From positions 84,938 through 108,937 of the forward strand of contig UQXL01000003.1 of the NCBI GenBank assembly GCA_900545135.1: DNA of 24,000 nt, read 5' to 3'. Positions 7,659-13,344 of the stretch are shown here, in pieces (the stretch's first letter is position 1; each line of letters begins with the position of its first letter). The position numbers were made by a program, and so were the translations under genes. A model generated the notes under the pieces. It worked only from the letters and a program-made list of their open reading frames with translations. It ran no database searches and was not told where the DNA came from. The stretch is from an uncultured Eubacteriales bacterium (lineage in GTDB: Bacteria; Bacillota; Clostridia; Peptostreptococcales; Anaerovoracaceae).

Positions 7659-7728
7659 CTATGCATAGTCAATTTGTTTTTAGTCAATTTATTGACTATA
7701 TTATAGCTCTGATATTTTACGTTTGCAA
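7659..7728 (-). promoter_or_regulatory. Promoter plus palindromic operator candidates for the MarR-nitroreductase operon
   Basis: On the minus strand, TTGCAA (7723-7728) is followed by 17 nt and then TATAAT (complement of 7700-7705). A perfect inverted repeat TAGTCAAT-TT-ATTGACTA lies at 7681-7698. The half-site TAGTCAATTT is repeated at 7666-7675, and a 10-bp palindrome CTATGCATAG lies at 7659-7668. Confidence 0.6.
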
Positions 7729-7902
7729 GAAAATTTTGAAAATAAAGGCTCACTTTGGTTTCGCGTTTCCGGCTGCCAGCTCTTAATATCTGTATAATAG
7801 GAACAGAAAAGCAGCTTGTAGCAGATTGAAATAATATTGAAATGTTTATTGCCCTGCGTTATACTTTCCCTAAAAATAACAAACGAGAATTTGGAGAAAC
7901 TT

Positions 7903-8298
7903 ATGATAAAAAAAATGATAATGGCATTATGTATATTTATTTGTGTGTTTACTTTAGTTGCGTGTTCTGGACAACAAACAAACGAACCACTTACGTTAGG
8001 TGTCAATGCGATAATAATAGAAATTGATAAAGAAAATAAAATCATAACCACAAAAGATAGCGGAGAAGAAGGTGTTTTAGGGGATGATTGTCTTATTGAT
8101 TGTTCCCAAATTCCTATGATTTATTGTAATTATGATACACAAGATGTTGTAGATATAACACTTGATGATTTACAGGTGGGGGACGAAATCATTTTGGCTA
8201 TTCGGAGTTCGGAAATAGAAAATCTTCAAAAGGAAGATGACAATAAAGCAAAAATAGCAGTTGAACAATTACAATTAGGTACACAGAGAATTAAATAA
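7903..8298 (+). CDS. Small lipoprotein of unknown function (possibly DUF3221/YobA-like)
   Basis: ATG 7903 has GGAG 6 nt upstream. The signal peptide MIKKMIMALCIFICVFTLVAC carries the lipobox LVAC. The coding sequence is very AT-rich relative to its flanks. The track ORF starts earlier, at 7837. Confidence 0.75.
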   Translation: MIKKMIMALCIFICVFTLVACSGQQTNEPLTLGVNAIIIEIDKENKIITTKDSGEEGVLGDDCLIDCSQIPMIYCNYDTQDVVDITLDDLQVGDEIILAIRSSEIENLQKEDDNKAKIAVEQLQLGTQRIK

Positions 8299-8343
8299 TT
8301 TCCCGTTTATCGAGCGGTGCACAGTAAAAAAACCACACACAGC

Positions 8344-8372
8344 GAACAGGCGAAAAATCGCCTGTTCTTTTT
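8344..8372 (+). terminator. Intrinsic terminator after the lipoprotein gene
   Basis: Perfect 10-bp stem gaacaggcga / tcgcctgttc with loop aaaa, followed by TTTTTA. Confidence 0.8.
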
Positions 8373-8426
8373 ATGCCGGAAAGGAGTGCATCTGACCTTG
8401 CTCCGGGAACTCAAATGGTAACTTAA

Positions 8427-8480
8427 AGAAAACAAATAAAACTCCCTGCAAAACATATCACATTCACATGGAGTTTTATT
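8427..8480 (-). terminator. Possible terminator after the second Cys-rich repeat gene
   Basis: 11-bp stem aataaaactcc (8435-8445) / ggagttttatt (8470-8480) with a large 24-nt loop. On the minus strand it is followed by TGTTTTCTTT. Confidence 0.35.
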
Positions 8481-8570
8481 CTTTGCGTAAATTTATTCTG
8501 TTTCTGCTTGCATTTCTGCTCGCACCCTGCCACAGCACCGCTTCAGTTTTGCTGTCACATTATCGCTCCC

Positions 8571-9134
8571 TTACTGCGTCCACTGGGCATATAAAGTCAC
8601 GTCGCTGGTCACATCGATGGTGGAACCTGCCTGATACGTCGTCCCTCCGCCTCCGGCCTCGGTATTCCAGCCCGTAAAAGTAAATCCTGCTCTGCTCACG
8701 CTGGCCGCAGTATCGGATTTCACCGAATACTGCGTTCCCGATGCTATTCCGCTGTCCGTGGTTCCGCCTGTTCCTCCGTTCGGGTCATAAGTGACGCTGA
8801 AAGTCTGTGTCGTCGTCCACTGAGCATATAAAGTAATGTCCCTGTCGACCGTTATTTTTTCACCCGGCTGATATTCAGTTCCTCCGCCTCCGGCCTCTGT
8901 GTTCCAGCCGCTAAAAGTATACCCCGGCCTCGTTATCCCTGTCTCCGCGAGACTTTTAACGGTGTACTCAGTTCCTGCTTCTATACCCGTATCCTGATAG
9001 GAGCCTTCCCCTCCGTTGGCGTCGTAAGTCACCGTAAATCCGGCCGATGCTCCCATCCGAAATATCCTGCACCACCTTACGCTGCAGCAGCATGGCTGAC
9101 AGGTTCCGCAAGTGTTATTTCTGCATCTACTCAT
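8571..9134 (-). CDS. Protein without a signal peptide: Cys-rich N-terminal module plus two Listeria-Bacteroides (Flg_new) repeats; paralog of 4853-5560
   Basis: ATG 9134 is preceded by AGAAAGGATTTTCATTT, nearly the same RBS context as the paralog. The N-terminus MSRCRNNTCGTCQPCCCSVRWC has 7 Cys in 22 aa. Two repeats follow with YDxNGG...G(Y/F)TF(S/T)GWNTEAGGGGT...DxTLYAQW. The track ORF (to 9239) is probably over-extended. Confidence 0.8.
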   Translation of the reverse strand: MSRCRNNTCGTCQPCCCSVRWCRIFRMGASAGFTVTYDANGGEGSYQDTGIEAGTEYTVKSLAETGITRPGYTFSGWNTEAGGGGTEYQPGEKITVDRDITLYAQWTTTQTFSVTYDPNGGTGGTTDSGIASGTQYSVKSDTAASVSRAGFTFTGWNTEAGGGGTTYQAGSTIDVTSDVTLYAQWTQ

Positions 9135-9306
9135 AAATGAAAATCCTTTCTTGAACAAATTCAGTAAATTAGTCAAATTATACTGATACGTTATTATATT
9201 ATTAAATTCGCCCCTGCTTTGTTCAAGATGAGTATGCAAAGCATCTCCGCTTAGGCAGTTTATGCAGAAAGTTCTTTATACCTAAGTCACCTGTTTTATG
9301 CTTAAA

Positions 9307-10671
9307 TCACCTGCGCTCTGTTATGTTTCTTTCTATGCGATCTTTTCTTTCCATATATATGAACATGGAAAGGCACAATATGATCTGTACGGCGCTTGAG
9401 GCCGGAGTAGCGAGACCTATCTGAAACAGCGTCGCCCCGGAAATTCTGCTTATCAGATACGCTGTAGGTATCCTTACAAAGAAAGCTCCGGTCAGACCCT
9501 GCAGCATGACGAACAAGGTCTTTTCACAGCCGTTATAATAGCCCATGAAGCAGAACAGAAACGGCGTAAGCAGGCAGTCTATCGCATAAGCTTTCAGATA
9601 ACTCTGCGATGCCGCTATGATGCCGACGTCCTTGGAAAATATCCATGACAACAGATCTCCGTGGAAGAAAGTTATGTAGGACATTACAAGTCCGGCAGCA
9701 AAGGCAGTCATAATGCCATATTTCAGCGCTTTCTTGGCCCTTTCCGGATTGCATGCGCCCATATTCTGAGCTACAAAGGCCGACATTGACTGCATATACG
9801 CTGATGGAACCAGCATTATAAATACGCACACCTTTTCTGCCACTCCCACGCCAGCTGAAGCTGTAACGCCGAAAGAGTTGACGATAGTCTGTATCACAAG
9901 GAACGAGATACCTACCAAAAGTTCCTGCAAAGCTACTGGTATCCCTAGTTTCAGCTCAGTCCCTATAATCTTTTTATTGAATTTTATATAGTCCTTTGAA
10001 AACTCGAAAGGCAGATTTTTTCTCTTTGTAATTACGATAAAGGATATGACAACGCTTACCGCCTGAGCGGCTACAGTAGCTAATGCCGCGCCTGCCGCTC
10101 CCATATTGAAAACCGCCACCAACAGCAGGTCTCCTGCTATGTTGACGACGCAGGCTATGGCTACTGTCATCAGCGGCGTTCTCGAATCTCCTATTCCCCT
10201 GAATATGGCTCCCAGCACGTTATATGCGACGATGAAAACGGATCCGGCGCCGCATATAAGGATATAAGATGATGTCTGAGAAACAGCTTCTGCAGGCGCG
10301 TTCAGTATCCCCGTCAGAAATCCGCTGCCTGCGGTCGTAATTACGGTCATCAGTGCAGCGGACACCGCGAAAAGGCAAATTCCCGAGCCTATAGCTTTAC
10401 CGGCTTCATCGGATTTTCTCATGCCTGTCTTTTCGCCGACCAATATCGTGATTCCCATTGAAAGGCCGGTGATGATCATGGTCACTGTAGATAAAAGCAT
10501 ACTGCCTGTCGCCACGCCCGAAACGTCTTCCGTCTCGGCAAACTTGCCGACCACAAGCAGGTCTATACCGCCGTAAAGAGCTTGAAGAAACAGTGTAAAA
10601 AACACAGGAACCGCAAAACCCGTCAGCGTTCCAAGTATATTTCCTTCTGTCAGATTATACTTTCTTTCCAT
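9307..10671 (-). CDS. MATE family efflux transporter
   Basis: About 454 aa, a polytopic membrane protein with the typical MATE N-terminus (NLTEGNILGTLTGFAVPVFFTLFLQALYGGIDLLVVG). ATG 10671 has RBS GAGGAGGG. The track ORF starts at 10728. Confidence 0.9.
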   Translation of the reverse strand: MERKYNLTEGNILGTLTGFAVPVFFTLFLQALYGGIDLLVVGKFAETEDVSGVATGSMLLSTVTMIITGLSMGITILVGEKTGMRKSDEAGKAIGSGICLFAVSAALMTVITTAGSGFLTGILNAPAEAVSQTSSYILICGAGSVFIVAYNVLGAIFRGIGDSRTPLMTVAIACVVNIAGDLLLVAVFNMGAAGAALATVAAQAVSVVISFIVITKRKNLPFEFSKDYIKFNKKIIGTELKLGIPVALQELLVGISFLVIQTIVNSFGVTASAGVGVAEKVCVFIMLVPSAYMQSMSAFVAQNMGACNPERAKKALKYGIMTAFAAGLVMSYITFFHGDLLSWIFSKDVGIIAASQSYLKAYAIDCLLTPFLFCFMGYYNGCEKTLFVMLQGLTGAFFVRIPTAYLISRISGATLFQIGLATPASSAVQIILCLSMFIYMERKDRIERNITERR

Positions 10672-10736
10672 CGTTTCCCTCCTCAAACTTCGTATGATGT
10701 TCGGATGGCGCGGCTCAGGCAGAGGCACGTTTCAGA

Positions 10737-10784
10737 CTGCGGCGCGCCGTTTTCTGCAATAATTTTCTGGCTGCGGCGCGCCGT
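10737..10784. repeat. Two copies of the 14-mer CTGCGGCGCGCCGT, each containing the 10-bp palindrome CGGCGCGCCG, 34 bp apart
   Basis: Read directly at 10737-10750 and 10771-10784, inside the 5' leader of the MATE gene. Confidence 0.8.
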
Positions 10785-10826
10785 CACCGCTCCTCAAAAC
10801 GATCCTCATGGCTTGCCTACTCAATA

Positions 10827-10875
10827 CAAAAAGGGCCGGACAAGTAACAGATATTTCAATCTGTGCCTTATCCGG
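10827..10875 (-). terminator. Intrinsic terminator inside the MATE upstream region
   Basis: On the minus strand, the 17-nt arms CCGGAUAAGGCACAGAU / AUCUGUUACUUGUCCGG pair 14 of 17, with loop UGAAAU, followed by CCCUUUUUG. Confidence 0.65.
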
Positions 10876-10916
10876 CTCATCATTTCTTTTGAATGATTTG
10901 CCCTCCGAGCAAGCAT
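10827..10916 (-). ncRNA. Candidate ~88-nt leader/attenuator RNA (or stand-alone small RNA) between an orphan promoter and the terminator, upstream of the MATE gene
   Basis: Defined by the promoter at 10921-10948 and the terminator at 10827-10875. It contains the hairpin AUCAUU-CAAAAGA-AAUGAU and a 5' segment that mimics the terminator's 3' arm. I do not recognise a known riboswitch class. Confidence 0.4.
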
Positions 10917-10920
10917 TTCC

Positions 10921-10948
10921 ATTATATCAGATAGAATGTACAAGTCAA
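10921..10948 (-). promoter_or_regulatory. Near-consensus sigma-A promoter with no adjacent annotated gene
   Basis: On the minus strand, TTGACT (10948..10943) is followed by 16 nt and then TATAAT (10926..10921). Confidence 0.55.
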
Positions 10949-11201
10949 GTGGCGCATGTGCGTTGTCTCCAGGAAGCGTCTTGCCTACTGCGTGCAGGCT
11001 GCGAACAAGCGCGGCCTGCAGGATCATGCGAAACAATTTTTCTAAACATAATGAAAGAGCAGCCGCAGCCACTCTTTAAATCTGATAAAACTACAAGATG
11101 GGCGGCGTATCCATCATCTCAGGTACTCCAAAGGAGTGTGTCGGGAGCCTTTCCGACCTTTGCAGTTTTATTTGTTTTATTGTATTTCAATTATATTGAG
11201 T

Positions 11202-11583
11202 TTATTCTATTTTGTCAAATTTTTTTAATCTGCCGCTTTTCAGACGGCTTTCTATTTTTGATTTCGTAATGGGATGCAGGGTTGCTACATATAAACAATC
11301 ATCTTTAACATCCACTTTTATCCCTATTTGCAGATTATTTTTATATATTTTTTACAAGTTCAAAACTCACTCCCTTTTCATTCGGATTTCGTCCTATATA
11401 ATCAGGATTTGAAATAATTTCAGGAATTATCGGAATATATTTTACACAGCTTGGATGGCGTTTTTGTATATGTTTTATTAAACCATTTGACTGATATATT
11501 TTCGCGCCGAAAATTATATCATCATAAACTCCACTTATCTCTTTATCTATAATTCCAACTGCGAAAGACTTAACTTTCGTCAT
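11202..11583 (-). pseudogene. PBECR-like (phage Barnase-EndoU-ColicinE5/D-RelE-like) small nuclease-family gene, frameshifted
   Basis: The 80-aa ORF 11341-11583 (RBS AAGGAG) carries LIKHIQKRHPSCVKYIPIIPEIISNPDYI, which from memory resembles PBECR-type phage/ICE proteins. The next frame continues with NNLQIGIKVDVKDDCLYVATLHPITKSKIESRLKSGRLKKFDKIE up to the stop at 11202. Removing one base from the T6 run at 11348-11353 fuses both parts into one ORF of about 126 aa. Confidence 0.55.
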
Positions 11584-11794
11584 ATCTACTCCTTGCTGAT
11601 ATTCTCCAATTCAAAGCTTATTTTTATAATTATAAGTTAAACATTTCTTTCATGTTTTAGATAAATTTTTAATACCATAATTTTATATATTTGTCTATAT
11701 ATTTTCACTCTCCTTTGCATTTATTTTCGGTCGTTTTCGCAATCCTGTCGGCCAAAGCGGGTTCGAGTCCCTTCCTTCTATATGCTCACCAATC

Positions 11795-11823
11795 GAAAAA
11801 GAGATGTCAACTGACATCTCTTT
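11795..11823 (-). terminator. Intrinsic terminator immediately after tRNA-Arg
   Basis: On the minus strand, AAAGAGATGT-cagttg-ACATCTCTTT is followed by TTCG. It starts 5 nt after the tRNA CCA end. Confidence 0.75.
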
Positions 11824-11828
11824 CCCGA

Positions 11829-11905
11829 TGGTGCGCCATGAGGGACTCGAACCCCCAACCTTCGCATTCGTAGTGCGCGACTCTATCCAATTGAGCTAAT
11901 GGCGC
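11829..11905 (-). tRNA. tRNA-Arg (anticodon ACG), CCA encoded
   Basis: Hand-folded cloverleaf: acceptor GCGCCAT/ATGGCGC, D arm GCTC-AATTGGATA-GAGT, anticodon arm GCGCA-CTACGAA-TGCGA (27:43 mismatch), T arm GGGGG-TTCGAGT-CCCTC, then ACCA. Confidence 0.9.
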
Positions 11906-11936
11906 GTATCATGAATTTTATGCGCTATACTTAAGT

Positions 11937-11965
11937 ATTATATACAATTATAAAACAAAAGTCAA
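11937..11965 (-). promoter_or_regulatory. Sigma-A promoter for tRNA-Arg
   Basis: On the minus strand, TTGACT (11965..11960) is followed by 17 nt and then TATAAT (11942..11937), about 31 nt upstream of the tRNA 5' end. Confidence 0.7.
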
Positions 11966-12143
11966 TCAGATATATCTTTTTCTCGGGCTTAATTTAAAAT
12001 TTCCGCAGAAAGCAGGGCGCAGGGAGCCGCGCAGTTCCCTAGTGACACTACATTCCGGTGGTTCGAAGCATGCATGCTTTCGCTCCTTGCTTTTCGCTGA
12101 AAATGTAGTATAATCTTAATTGACGCTAGGAGGGTGGCAAATC

Positions 12144-12884
12144 ATGAAAGGAAAAATACAAGCTGAAATTCAAAGACTTATGGAAGAATACTGTGCCGAT
12201 GCTGGAATAGAGAGCCTTTGGCGGGAACCGGTCGTAAAATACGGCGACGTCAAAAGTCCTCTGTTTGACAAATTAAAGGAACTGGTCGATCCGAACCACT
12301 ACCATCCGCTGGACTATCTTCCTCAGGCCACGGCTGTGCTGTCATATTTCCTGCCTTTTAAAAGAGAAGTCATGGAAAGCAATATAGAGGGAACTTTGAT
12401 TTCTGACCTTTGGGCTCTGGCCTATGAACATTCCAATAAAATGGCCTCATATATAAACGAAAATCTCTGCCGTTTCATAAACGATCTTGGGTATGACGCA
12501 TGTCCGCCCAGCGATATAGGGATGATCAACGATGGATTTCCGAGGAGCAAATGGTCTCAGCGCCATGTGGCATACGTGTGCGGTCACGGAACTTTCGGCC
12601 TCAACAATATGCTTATTTCAGACAGAGGCTGCGTCGGCAGATATTATTCAATAATCACCGCACTTCCAATCGAAACTGACCCGGTGGTCACGGAAGAGAG
12701 ATGCCTTTATAAGCGAAACGGCGGCTGCAAACTCTGCGTAAAGAGATGCGTAGCTGAAGCCCTCACGGAAAAGGAATTTAAAAGGCTCAAATGCCTGGAT
12801 CAGTGCAACATCAATGAAGAAATTTACCCTGCCGCCAGCGCATGTGGAAAATGTGTAGTCGGACTTCCATGCTCGTTTAAATAA
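12144..12884 (+). CDS. 4Fe-4S cluster protein, epoxyqueuosine-reductase (QueG)/reductive-dehalogenase-like, short form
   Basis: ATG 12144 has RBS GGAGGG. The C-terminal Cys clusters are CLYKRNGGCKLCVKRC and CLDQC...CGKCVVGLPC. The central region (SQRHVAYVCGHGTFGLNNMLI) resembles QueG-family proteins. The function is not established. Confidence 0.6.
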   Translation: MKGKIQAEIQRLMEEYCADAGIESLWREPVVKYGDVKSPLFDKLKELVDPNHYHPLDYLPQATAVLSYFLPFKREVMESNIEGTLISDLWALAYEHSNKMASYINENLCRFINDLGYDACPPSDIGMINDGFPRSKWSQRHVAYVCGHGTFGLNNMLISDRGCVGRYYSIITALPIETDPVVTEERCLYKRNGGCKLCVKRCVAEALTEKEFKRLKCLDQCNINEEIYPAASACGKCVVGLPCSFK

Positions 12885-12920
12885 CCATGCTCGTTCAAAT
12901 AACCGCGCTCGTTTAAATAA
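12867..12920. repeat. Three tandem 18-bp units, each an in-frame copy of the last five codons plus the stop codon of the preceding gene
   Basis: The units are ccatgctcgtttaaataa (12867-12884, the real gene end PCSFK*), ccatgctcgttcaaataa (12885-12902) and ccgcgctcgtttaaataa (12903-12920). Confidence 0.85.
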
Positions 12921-13023
12921 CCGCCGAGCCGCCGGAGGAACTCATTGACGATTTTATTAAACGCAGGCAATAGTTTCATAAAAATCCAAAATAACATATT
13001 ATTGCCAAAATATAAAATAATCG

Positions 13024-13052
13024 TTGACAAACGGCTCTCAAAAAAGTATAAT
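13024..13052 (+). promoter_or_regulatory. Consensus sigma-A promoter for tRNA-Leu
   Basis: TTGACA (13024-13029) is followed by 17 nt and then TATAAT (13047-13052), about 31 nt upstream of the tRNA. Confidence 0.8.
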
Positions 13053-13083
13053 TGATACGCAGGTCAAAATTAACTTGCGTTTT

Positions 13084-13170
13084 GCGGCTGTGCTGGAATT
13101 GGCAGACAGGCAAGCTTGAGGTGCTTGTGTCCGAACGGGTGTACGGGTTCGAGTCCCGTTGGCCGCACCA
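13084..13170 (+). tRNA. tRNA-Leu (anticodon GAG), class II with a long variable arm, CCA encoded
   Basis: Hand fold: acceptor GCGGCTG/TGGCCGC, anticodon arm CAAGC-TTGAGGT-GCTTG, variable arm TGTCCGAACGGGTGT, T arm ACGGG-TTCGAGT-CCCGT, then ACCA. Confidence 0.9.
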
Positions 13171-13186
13171 ACTAAATCAATCAAAA

Positions 13187-13226
13187 ATATAACCGGTGGA
13201 GATTCATCCGTCGGTTATATTTTTTA
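13187..13226 (+). terminator. Intrinsic terminator after tRNA-Leu
   Basis: The outer 9-bp stem atataaccg / cggttatat encloses a partly paired interior and is followed by TTTTTT. Confidence 0.65.
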
Positions 13227-13344
13227 TATACGTGTTCAGAAGCCAGCTCAATCTACTCCATAATTTCCTGCCGAAAAAATTTATAATTCTCAAAAAAATA
13301 TAAATAATATTTCTATAAATCAACAAAATGGCAGGTGAAAAAAT

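Noticed and set aside
7701-8051. 116-aa minus-strand ORF in the AT-rich islet
   Set aside because: It lies antisense to the lipoprotein gene start and the divergent promoter region. It is an open frame produced by low-complexity AT-rich sequence.
11239-11248. Exact match (minus strand) to the Neisseria DNA uptake sequence GCCGTCTGAA
   Set aside because: It is a single 10-mer in a Firmicute-like context inside a pseudogene tail. This is a chance occurrence.
10808-11269. 153-aa plus-strand ORF and the overlapping 83-aa minus-strand ORF (10821-11072) in the MATE/PBECR intergenic region
   Set aside because: The sequences are not protein-like, there is no RBS, and the ORFs span a promoter, hairpins and the C-terminal half of the PBECR pseudogene on the other strand. 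Only the last 31 codons of the minus ORF are kept, as a possible leader peptide hypothesis.
12066-12079. Perfect 14-bp palindrome AAGCATGCATGCTT just upstream of the QueG-like gene promoter
   Set aside because: It may be an operator, but it is a single short palindrome with no nearby regulator or repeat. That is too little evidence to call.
12144-12884. Calling this gene queG outright
   Set aside because: At about 246 aa it is much shorter than canonical QueG, and I can only see the Fe-S cysteine clusters and general family resemblance. I kept it as QueG/RdhA-like of unknown function.
12867-12920. Tandem repeats here and at 1116-1192 and 18155-18202, considered as possible CRISPR arrays
   Set aside because: The units are contiguous with no spacers, only 15-24 bp long and present in 2-5 copies, and there are no cas genes.
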